Assembly (NCBI GenBank): GCA_018985225.1 | Contig: JADGIF010000417.1 | Coordinates: 1 to 8,955, forward strand | Length of the DNA stretch: 8,955 nucleotides | DNA from: Amoeboradix gromovi X-113 | Taxonomy: Eukaryota; Fungi; Sanchytriomycota | Reading direction: 5' to 3' | In this document: positions 1-8,014 of the stretch, in pieces | Layout: every line of letters starts with the position of its first letter | How positions within the stretch are numbered: position 1 is the first letter of the stretch | Notes under the pieces: generated by a model | Told to the model about the DNA's origin: nothing | Seen by the model: the letters and a program-made list of their open reading frames with translations, nothing else | The model's database searches: none | Position numbers and translations under genes: made by a program

Positions 1-27
1 GCATCACCCCAAAGTAACAGGGTCTTT

Positions 28-454
28 TTACCTGGACCAGATTGTTTTTGAAGACTTTTTACGCCAGGCCTTCAAGTCATAATCTACCATGATATGGTTT
101 AGGACTGTCTCAAATATAGGCATGGGTTGCTCTTGAACAAGTTCACCTTTAAACTGCTCCTCGGTTTACTAATTTTGAAAATATTAAAGTCTTGAGTAAA
201 CAAGCCTTGAAATCTAGTAACATGGTATTGAGAAGGTTTAAAATCGTTAGGTAGTTGTTGGTTTCTAAAACCCAATTCCAAAAGAGAAGAAATTGAAGCT
301 CTATGCGATGAAGACGACAAAATGTATCTCTAGTGCTAGTTTTCTAGCATGATAGCTTCATTTTAACAGTAGAAGGACCCTCTTCAGTGTTTTCACTGTC
401 TGATATCATTTTTTTGCGTTTTGTATAGGGAAAAGGTTGTTGTCTTTTAGCCAT
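28..454 (-). CDS. Tentative intron-split or degenerate hypothetical gene
   Basis: ATG 454 opens MAKRQQPFPYTKRKKMISDSENTEEGPST (NLS-like KRKK). GT-AG introns at 367..330 (38 nt) and 169..147 (23 nt) would join three protein-like segments up to TAA 30-28. No family recognised, and other models fit. Confidence 0.25.
334..415. other. Cluster of short inverted repeats followed by T7
   Basis: TGCTAG-TTTT-CTAGCA (334-349), CAGTG-TTTT-CACTG (385-398), GAAG-n6-CTTC (372-385), ATGATA/TATCAT (349-354/404-409) and a T run at 409-415. The repeats are seen directly; function is unknown. Confidence 0.35.
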
Positions 455-552
455 ACAATTGTACAGAAAAGACTGTATTTATGAGCAAACTATTTCCATA
501 AGGTTATGAAATGAAAAACAGCATATCAGATAAACGTATTATTAAACTACAA

Positions 553-558
553 TTTATT
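553..558 (-). terminator. Putative poly(A) signal AATAAA for the giant gene
   Basis: TTTATT on the + strand, about 60 nt past the stop at 618. Confidence 0.45.
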
Positions 559-617
559 TGAAACAAAATTTATCAAAAGCAAGTCTAGTTTTTACAAAGT
601 GTGTCTCTTTTGTTCAG

Positions 618-3600
618 TCATCTGTCGGGTCTTGGGTTCTTACGGAATTCTGGAAACTTATCGAAATTAACATGAACATACACATCAGTTTTGGTTAATA
701 GTTCACCAAACCATGATATTTCAACTCCGTTTTGCTTGATTTTAAAGTTTCGCAACAACTTTCTTCTCTTCATGTTTATCAGTCCTTTTCCTGCTCCCAG
801 AGGATTGCTTATCCATCTTATAAAGAATATCAATCCACTGTTTACGTTATAGTACTTTAGATGGTCATCATGCTTACAATTCTGTACAAATTCACTCTCA
901 TCGTATCCTCCTATTGCAGGTATGTGTTCTGGATAAAGTAATTCATTTACATGCTGCCTTTCTCTTTCCATGCTCTCTTTATATCCCAGCGTGTTGTTAT
1001 AATGCTTGTAATCTAACACATCAAACTGCAGAGTATTGAAATCAAACTCTACGTCAATGGGCAATTCAGCCAATTTGAACAACACATCTGTCCCAATTCC
1101 AGGATCTTTTATTAGTTTTATCGGATTTAGCGTATGTAATCTACATTTTAATATTCCTTCTTCATACTCTACTTCTGGCAATTCATTGATCTCTATTTCG
1201 TTAAAAACATCTATTCCTTGTATATGAAATCCATTTATACTAATGTCTTGCATTATATCTACACCCAACTTCATTCGTCGATATATCTGGTTCATATGAA
1301 CCTTTAATGCTTCCATTTTTGGTTTTATAATTACACTCAGCTCTGGCATATTTATCTCCATTGATACATCGAATATTCCGTCATTCTGCTTGCGCACCTG
1401 AGTATTTAATTGCTTTATATTTGTCTCCACATAGTCTATTTTTGTATTTATATCCAGTCTAATTCCCTCTTGCTCTATTCCCCCGACGACATTTGTGATG
1501 TAATCATTCAGCTGTATGCTACTGTTGCCAGTCTTAACTATATCGAAGAGTTCAAGTTTAATCTTAACCAAGTCTAATATATTGCTACTCAATCGTATTC
1601 CTATATGTACATATTCATTCAGCTCACGTTTGCTTAATATCTTTGCGATTATTCTGTTTATAGCAAGTATATTATGTCTTAGCTGTATTGCTGCAAATCC
1701 GTCAATACGGTCTATGTAGTCTCCCTTTAATTCTGCACTTATTAAGGGGCTATCCATTAAATCTATATCCAGTCCTACCCCGTCCAAATGCACATGCACC
1801 GGTAGTTTTAGCTTGTGAATTAACGCTTGGGCATTTATTGCTATTTTATTACCCCCAAGAGTTTGTAAATTAATTCTGTTTAATTCTAGTTCTGGCAGTT
1901 CTGGTAGTGCAGGTACTTTAATCAACGGCAGTGTTATCGGAATTCTAGTAGTAGCTAATAAATTAAATCCGAGTATGTTTATGTTGATCACATTGATATT
2001 TAATGATTTAAATGTGGTGCCCTTATTGATAAGTAGGTGCACCTCAGTACTTATTAACTCTTGTAGTTCAACTGAAACATTGCTTAGTTCGAGTTCTGCC
2101 ATTAGATGCAGTCGATTGTTTGCCACCTTGAGCTGCGGTATTTCGATTACCAACACTTGTTGCAGTAGTAGCTGTATTTCAACGTGTATGTTATTCATAT
2201 TGACATTCACCTCAAATGGTAAACCAGACGCAGTTATAAAGGCATCAAGTTCTATGTTCTTCTTGTTAACATTGATTCGGCTAGTGTTCATATCATCTAG
2301 TTTGCCACTTATGTTTGGTAACTTCATAGTCGGAAATTGAACAGCGGGAATTTTAAAGGAAGAATTTATGGTATAAATGAGAGATCCTATTGATATGCTA
2401 CCCACAAAGACGGATTTGATTTTGTTGTTAAATAGTCCATACAGATCAACTATGTTATCACTATCTACATTTGAGTACAAGTTCAAATCTACGCTCAAGC
2501 TATTTAGACTTGCCCTACTGTTAAATTTTACAATTGTGGAAGCATCGCTAGTACCTCCTGTTATTTGCATGCCCTCTATGTTCAACACCAGTTTGGAAAC
2601 GTTTACTGTGGATAAGACATGCACGCCGTTGTTGCTATTAGTTATGTCAAAAGATTTAACTGCGTCGATCGATGGCATATGCTTGATCCGTATTGACGGT
2701 AACTGTGGCAAACTAATGCTACTAGCATCAATATCAGTTTTTATGTATATCACGCTATTTCCTATTGCTACATGTTCTATTCCTAATATTAGGCTTAGTG
2801 GTAAATCGCTTATAGGTTTAAACATCAGCTGTACATCTATGGATACATCTGTCTTGATTGTTATCAACGCTATGAATTGCTCATTGATCCGAACCCCGAT
2901 TTCTATATGCTGTATTTTGGTATCAATAGGCAGTTTGGCAATACAGATAACATTAATTGTCGAGCTGACTTGCTTTATGTCCAAATAGTCCACTGTGATT
3001 GCACTATTACTTGTCTCAGTGCTATTTATAAATTCTTCAACATGTTTTATTGCTCCCGCTTTGCTTGTTAACTCCTTTTTTGCACTAATCGGTATGTTGT
3101 TATTCAGTTTAAATTTTCCCAAATTATTCCAAATTTCTAAATTCCTTACGCCCAGCTGAACATCCGTATCATATAGTTCATTGATGTTTATACTAGGCAC
3201 CTCTAATCTTAAGTCTCCACTTGTAAATTTAACGCTGACTCTAGCACTATTTATAAACAAATCTACATTTACATTCGCCGGTAGAACAATACTTGTACCA
3301 ATTATTAGTGTGTTTGCATGCTGATTAACACTGCTTATACTGCTATTTGAAAACAGGCTAGTTAAATCTATTGCAGTTGGCGCTTTAACTGTTTTTATGG
3401 CATTTAACGGTAACTCTACATTAATCAACTCAAATGCATGAATGTTACCAACTATCATATTACAAACATCTACACTGGTAGATATATCCATGTTGTTAAT
3501 TATGCTCGTAACAATGTCACCCACATCGTGCAAAACGACACTCTCATCGTTGATCTTAACATTTATATTTACGATGCTATTATGTACATGGAGATCTATT

Positions 3601-6600
3601 ACGAATAGTTTGATGCGATGTATTCTAAAAGTAACACTAGCACGACTATCAATTGCAACATAATTAGGTAGTATAACACGAATCATAGCACTGATGCTAG
3701 AATCGTCCAACTCAGTGATATTCCAGGATGACACCAGTGAGGATAAATCAAGATCCGTAGAACTATCAGCAATCGCAGCAATTGCAGTGCTAGGATCAAT
3801 CATATTGCTGGGTATTGGTATGCTAATGGACAAGCCACCAAACAGAGTTATGCTGTCAATTATAATATTGCGCACTTTAAAATCAACACCGGGTGCACCA
3901 GAGGTAGTGATATAGTCATACAACAAGCGAACATCACTAGAAATATCGCTAAAAGTGGTAGAAACATCTACGTATACAAAATCATCCACTATTAATGATT
4001 TTAAGTTAATATTTACAAATTGGTTATTATTTAACACAGCATCCAAGTTAATGGACTGAGCGTGTATTGTGAGAAATCGAAATGGATTATTGATTCTAAG
4101 CTGAAGGTTGATAGTGGAATCGACGGAACTCAGATGCAGTTTATGAATTGGATAAAAAGAGCTGATCTTTGGGATAGCCACATTAGGAACAGGAATTCTG
4201 GGGAAATTGGAGATATTAGGACTATCTAAATCAACTACAACTGTGTAAAGCTGAGTAATGCTACCAAGAATTAAATCTTGGATTCCTATTGAACGAATAT
4301 CGCTTATTGCCTTGAGACCACAATTAGGACACTCATGGAACAATAACAGGCATTTAACATCCAAGTTATTAGAACCGGGGGAGATGCTAATAGTGTCAAC
4401 ATCAATGGAAACAACTTTAACACCGTTGATTCTTAAACTTGTAGACAATTTGGATACAAAAAGAGTAACTGGCACGTTCAAAAATACATTAGCACTGATG
4501 TGTACAGAAATTGTGGATCCATGTTGAATCAGATCGATATTGCGAATGCTATTGATCGAGATAGGGTTGTTAACGAAATTGCTGAGATCAAATACATCTG
4601 CAAGATCTACACTAAAAGATGGAATTCGGAACATTAAATGCGCATTTTTAAGTAGACCAACAGTCCCAATAGACAGCGACACGTGGGCATCGAAATTGTG
4701 CTCGAGCAGACTTGAAATTAATTCACTTATGCTGCTACTATCTTTGAATTTTATCTTAACATCTAATTTAACAGAATCAGATAATGTGATTTTGTCCAAA
4801 TAGATATCAATGTTGTTTATAATTAAATGAATAGGATCTATTTGAACATAAAACTCACAGTCAAACGGAATATTAACGTTAGATATAAGAACAAGGTGAA
4901 AAACATCACGGATGTTAATATTCACACTGGTAGGAGTGAAAATATGCGAAATATTGAGGTCAAATCCATTAAGAGGAAGCGATTTTAGTAATACCGAAAG
5001 AGGGAGTTTAATATTAAGTTTATCAAACAACTCGGTGTATTCAGAAGAAGATTCACCAATTAATACACTAGACAAAGAAATATTGTCGCTAATTGGATTG
5101 CTATTGAGAATGTTGTTGATGATGGAAGAATAAGACGGGTTATCATAAACTACAATAGACACTTCAATTTTAACGAATTTGGAATCAACACGCAAGTTAT
5201 TAAAAACGATGCTGATTGCATCCCAGTCATTTAACTGGATCTTAGCTGATAGGTAGCCAATAAATATATCAACTGGCAATTTCATATTCAACTTGACTGC
5301 CGCATTTACAGTAAACGTGTTCTTCAGCTGTCTAATGCTTAATCTTTTTAACTTGAATGACAAATCTGAGTTAGATAACACGTTTGTAGCAAATTTGATG
5401 TACTGACTGGTATTAATTATTGGGGGGTCAATAGCCAAATCCAGTTTGTTGAATACAGAACAATCGGGACAATCAGGCAAAAATTGAAATTTATGTAAAT
5501 AAAGTTTGTTTTTGTTAACAACATTTCCATTAAATCTGTTGAACAAATCATGCAAATCAGCAGGTTGATTGTACATATGTATTACAGTGCTGAGCTGTAC
5601 ATTGTTGCTTATTATACTAAACTTGTCCAGTTGAATTTGAATTAGGTCATGAATGTATTTGATGCTTAACTGTACGCCTAGCAGAGTGCTGATTTTAGGC
5701 AAGCTTGGGAATGATTTTGGTAATTTCAAATCTAATAAAATATGAAGAGACTTGCCGACTGTTTTTAATTTAATGAATAAATGCATTTGATCCACATTTA
5801 ACAATGATTTAGGGACTCTAGGTAGGGATATTGGCAGTCTATTTACAATACTGGGTAGGTCTAGATGAAGATTAATATCCAAGGATCTGGTGCTATTGTA
5901 CAGCCAATCGATGGATTCATTGGACCTAATTGTAATTGGACCAGATACACCAATATTCACTGTTAAATCCTGCAATAAAGTCGTAAACGCATGTTGGAAT
6001 GCTTGCTGGACTTGATTACCAGAGTTAAAGAAGAGTCCAAATAAGATTTCTTCGTCAACATTTCCATTATAGAGCTTCAAATTCTCAACAAAGATACCAC
6101 CTATCACTGTGTGACCGAGGTTGATATTCAGACGGAATTCTTTCATATATATAGCTATAAATTCTTGAAACCATTCAAAATGAAGTTTTAATCCGATTTT
6201 ATTAGATTTCCTGTACAGAGTGATGCTATGAATAGTAGGAGCATTCAGTGGAGGAAAAACAGGTTTTGGATACTCTTGTAAAGTAGGGTCAATGCTTGAA
6301 GATTCAAAAGTGCCGTCTACTAATTGCTGCAACTGAGTTTGGATATTCGTATTCTGAATCAGTAAATAGCGCTCGACAAATACATTTTGATAAGCAGGAA
6401 CATTGAACACAGACACTCCCATGTAACCCTGCATAATTACATCTGAGTTGTTTCCATTTTGGGCATCTAAAATCATTTCATTGATTAGAACAGGGTTAAA
6501 TATGACTAATTGGGTGCGAAAATTTAAATCAGTACGCTTAGATACAAAAGTTTGCATATCACTTAGTGTTATACCAAGTATGGGTTTATTCCGGTAATAA

Positions 6601-6824
6601 ATGCGATAAAAGGTTTTATGGATGTATGCATCGATATTATTGCGGGTAATAAAAAACTCACCTTTAAAATGTATATCTGTTGAATTAGATTTCAGTTGAA
6701 TATCCACTTTATCAGGGTAAACATAAATATCTCCATTGCCAATTACATCTCTAATAATCATAGGAGCTAGTACACCATAACCACTAAGTAATACCAGTAC
6801 AATGGCACTTAGCAGCAATAACAT
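618..6824 (-). CDS. Giant (2068 aa) membrane-anchored or secreted protein of tandem LEA-2/DUF3712-like domains (Tag1-like family)
   Basis: 6.2-kb stop-free ORF in AT-rich DNA, ATG at 6824, TGA at 618-620. N-terminal hydrophobic stretch MLLLLSAIVLVLLSGYGVLAP. Repeated amphipathic beta-strand units with LEA-2-like motifs (INLQLRINNPFRFLTIHAQSINLDAVLNN; VPVTLFVSKLSTSLRINGVKVVSIDVDTISISPGSNNLDV). More than a dozen N-x-S/T sequons. The CDS is near certain; the family call is by eye. Confidence 0.8.
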   Translation of the reverse strand: MLLLLSAIVLVLLSGYGVLAPMIIRDVIGNGDIYVYPDKVDIQLKSNSTDIHFKGEFFITRNNIDAYIHKTFYRIYYRNKPILGITLSDMQTFVSKRTDLNFRTQLVIFNPVLINEMILDAQNGNNSDVIMQGYMGVSVFNVPAYQNVFVERYLLIQNTNIQTQLQQLVDGTFESSSIDPTLQEYPKPVFPPLNAPTIHSITLYRKSNKIGLKLHFEWFQEFIAIYMKEFRLNINLGHTVIGGIFVENLKLYNGNVDEEILFGLFFNSGNQVQQAFQHAFTTLLQDLTVNIGVSGPITIRSNESIDWLYNSTRSLDINLHLDLPSIVNRLPISLPRVPKSLLNVDQMHLFIKLKTVGKSLHILLDLKLPKSFPSLPKISTLLGVQLSIKYIHDLIQIQLDKFSIISNNVQLSTVIHMYNQPADLHDLFNRFNGNVVNKNKLYLHKFQFLPDCPDCSVFNKLDLAIDPPIINTSQYIKFATNVLSNSDLSFKLKRLSIRQLKNTFTVNAAVKLNMKLPVDIFIGYLSAKIQLNDWDAISIVFNNLRVDSKFVKIEVSIVVYDNPSYSSIINNILNSNPISDNISLSSVLIGESSSEYTELFDKLNIKLPLSVLLKSLPLNGFDLNISHIFTPTSVNINIRDVFHLVLISNVNIPFDCEFYVQIDPIHLIINNIDIYLDKITLSDSVKLDVKIKFKDSSSISELISSLLEHNFDAHVSLSIGTVGLLKNAHLMFRIPSFSVDLADVFDLSNFVNNPISINSIRNIDLIQHGSTISVHISANVFLNVPVTLFVSKLSTSLRINGVKVVSIDVDTISISPGSNNLDVKCLLLFHECPNCGLKAISDIRSIGIQDLILGSITQLYTVVVDLDSPNISNFPRIPVPNVAIPKISSFYPIHKLHLSSVDSTINLQLRINNPFRFLTIHAQSINLDAVLNNNQFVNINLKSLIVDDFVYVDVSTTFSDISSDVRLLYDYITTSGAPGVDFKVRNIIIDSITLFGGLSISIPIPSNMIDPSTAIAAIADSSTDLDLSSLVSSWNITELDDSSISAMIRVILPNYVAIDSRASVTFRIHRIKLFVIDLHVHNSIVNINVKINDESVVLHDVGDIVTSIINNMDISTSVDVCNMIVGNIHAFELINVELPLNAIKTVKAPTAIDLTSLFSNSSISSVNQHANTLIIGTSIVLPANVNVDLFINSARVSVKFTSGDLRLEVPSININELYDTDVQLGVRNLEIWNNLGKFKLNNNIPISAKKELTSKAGAIKHVEEFINSTETSNSAITVDYLDIKQVSSTINVICIAKLPIDTKIQHIEIGVRINEQFIALITIKTDVSIDVQLMFKPISDLPLSLILGIEHVAIGNSVIYIKTDIDASSISLPQLPSIRIKHMPSIDAVKSFDITNSNNGVHVLSTVNVSKLVLNIEGMQITGGTSDASTIVKFNSRASLNSLSVDLNLYSNVDSDNIVDLYGLFNNKIKSVFVGSISIGSLIYTINSSFKIPAVQFPTMKLPNISGKLDDMNTSRINVNKKNIELDAFITASGLPFEVNVNMNNIHVEIQLLLQQVLVIEIPQLKVANNRLHLMAELELSNVSVELQELISTEVHLLINKGTTFKSLNINVININILGFNLLATTRIPITLPLIKVPALPELPELELNRINLQTLGGNKIAINAQALIHKLKLPVHVHLDGVGLDIDLMDSPLISAELKGDYIDRIDGFAAIQLRHNILAINRIIAKILSKRELNEYVHIGIRLSSNILDLVKIKLELFDIVKTGNSSIQLNDYITNVVGGIEQEGIRLDINTKIDYVETNIKQLNTQVRKQNDGIFDVSMEINMPELSVIIKPKMEALKVHMNQIYRRMKLGVDIMQDISINGFHIQGIDVFNEIEINELPEVEYEEGILKCRLHTLNPIKLIKDPGIGTDVLFKLAELPIDVEFDFNTLQFDVLDYKHYNNTLGYKESMERERQHVNELLYPEHIPAIGGYDESEFVQNCKHDDHLKYYNVNSGLIFFIRWISNPLGAGKGLINMKRRKLLRNFKIKQNGVEISWFGELLTKTDVYVHVNFDKFPEFRKNPRPDR
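663..6722 (-). repeat. About 15 degenerate protein-level tandem repeats (~135 aa each)
   Basis: Recurrent pattern: 'I..I.I.Q...I.V' strands, 'lP.v.l.i..l...l.lN', a short helix (e.g. SISELISSLL, YSSIINNIL, VGDIVTSII), 'I.iG.i..F..l.I.lP', then a Pro-rich or Ser-rich linker (FPRIPVPNVAIP, LPQLPSI, VPALPELPEL). No obvious nucleotide-level repeat, so the duplications are old. Confidence 0.7.
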
Positions 6825-7040
6825 TAGCCGTTACAAGGATACCCACTGGTGATCAAAAATGACGAAACTATTGGATGAGCATGAGGTGCTTGCGGAGTTT
6901 ACGACTTGATTGGTAAGGACAGCTCGTTTAATATATGTCTTATCCAAGTAAATGTAAAAGCTTTGAAAGAAAATTACTAATGCAATTTAGAATTTAGTCA
7001 TCTATCACTAAAATTTATTTTTAGCTCTCGTTTCACACCG
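6825..7040. promoter_or_regulatory. 216-bp divergent (likely bidirectional) promoter region
   Basis: Head-to-head starts at 6824 (-) and 7041 (+). Inferred from position only. Confidence 0.55.
6997..7024 (+). other. Candidate 28-nt intron upstream of the carrier ATG
   Basis: GTCATC...CACTAAAATTTATTTTTAG has a CTAA branch-like motif and a T-rich tract before TAG. Excision puts ATG 6980 in frame with ATG 7041 (MQFRIYSRFTP-MDT). The donor is weak. Confidence 0.4.
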
Positions 7041-7928
7041 ATGGACACTGCTCTTTCAGGAGCAATTGCTGGACTTGCTACAGCATTCATCAGTGTACCG
7101 CTAGATGTAATAAAAACCAGATTACAAAATAATACCCTCCAAAGCTCAAAATACATATTCGTTACTGGTCTAGTCAAGATATATAAGAAAGAAGGAATAA
7201 GAGGTAATTATCGCGGACTCTCGCCTACATTAATGGGATACTTGCCTACCTGGGCAATATACTTCAGCGTTTACGAACCTTTAAAAAGAGAATTAATGAT
7301 TTTGCAAAAACAAGGTTATCTTTCCAACTACAGTGTTTATTCATTGAGTGCAATGACTGCCGGAATATGCTCGACAGCAGTAACCAACCCTTTTTGGGTC
7401 ATTAGAACTCGTTTTATGGTTTTAATGGAAGATACCTCAGTTCATAGAGCTATTTTGGATATCTATAAACGAGAAAGCTTTTATGGATTCTTTAGAGGTC
7501 TGACACCTTCCCTCGTAAATATCGATTTAATGTAGTTTGGAACTGTGCATGTAGCCATTCAATTTCCAATTTACGAGTATAATAAAAGCTATTTATATCA
7601 GCTAAAAAAACAATGGGATAAATTACCAGAATTGAATTCTATGGATATATTTATATGCTCTAGCTCTGCCAAAATGGTTGCAAGCTGTATTACGTATCCC
7701 CACGAAGTTATACGAACAAGGTTGCATACTCAAAGAGAGATTCGTGGGTCATTGGAATACAAGGGAATACTAAAAATGATTAAAAACGTCTACATAAACG
7801 AAGGATGGCGCGCATTTTATAGAGGAATGGGCACTAATCTGATCAGAACTATACCTGCAAGTGCATGTACTCTTATGACTTATGAATTCGCATCAAAGTT
7901 TTTAAAAGACAGGCCACAGTACAATTGA
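7041..7928 (+). CDS. NDT1: Mitochondrial carrier (SLC25), NAD+ transporter Ndt1/Ndt2-type; join(7041..7514,7536..7928), 288 aa
   Basis: Three carrier signatures: PLDVIKTR, PFWVIRTR (Trp in place of the acidic residue, typical of NAD+/FAD/folate/pyrimidine-nucleotide carriers) and PHEVIRTR. Ndt1-like segments GYLPTWAIYFSVYE and HVAIQFPIYE. The two ORFs in the track are in one frame, and removing 7515-7535 restores GLTPSL|FGTVHVAIQFP. Confidence 0.9.
7515..7535 (+). other. 21-nt spliceosomal intron (GTAAATATCGATTTAATGTAG), phase 0
   Basis: GTAAAT donor, TAG acceptor and a TTTAAT branch-like motif just upstream of the acceptor. Excision removes the only in-frame stop and restores the conserved PSL-FG-xx-HVAIQFP spacing. 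Confidence 0.88.
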
Positions 7929-7974
7929 ATACTATGAAGATGTGTTAAGAGCCAAAAAACAGCAACATACGTCA

Positions 7975-8014
7975 AATAAAGTACTATTGATGTTAAATTT
8001 TATTTTATTTTATT
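7975..8014. terminator. Convergent poly(A) signal region: AATAAA (+, 7975-7980) and three overlapping AATAAA (-, 7999-8014)
   Basis: Lies in the 106-bp gap between the carrier stop (7928) and the GSKIP-like stop (8035), each signal correctly oriented downstream of its gene. Confidence 0.55.

Noticed and set aside
2-325. RTC4-like domain suggested by FCRLHRIE and PCYFGVM in one minus frame
   Set aside because: Several stops lie between the motifs, no convincing splice model links them, and the motifs are too short to support the call.
333-415. U6 snRNA or C/D snoRNA
   Set aside because: The 5' GTGCT hairpin and T tail are reminiscent of U6, but the invariant ACAGAGA box and following AGC triad are absent. 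There is no canonical RTGATGA box C to pair with CTGA at 400-403.
1036-5133. Series of + strand ORFs antisense to the giant gene, nine of them in one frame (up to 203 aa)
   Set aside because: Shadow ORFs. Stops in that antisense frame arise only opposite Tyr, His or Gln codons, which are scarce in this I/L/V/S/N/D-rich protein. The products show no recognisable motifs.
6808-6842. Minus-strand 35-nt GT-AG intron that would give the giant gene an upstream exon
   Set aside because: The upstream frame hits TAA at 6901-6899 with no ATG, so the ATG at 6824 is the simpler model.
7041-7928. Two separate genes, a pseudogene, or TAG readthrough/reassignment in the carrier
   Set aside because: Readthrough would insert 7 residues in a conserved motif, whereas a canonical GT-AG intron removes them exactly. 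The 2068-codon ORF has no in-frame TAA/TAG, which argues against stop-to-Gln recoding.
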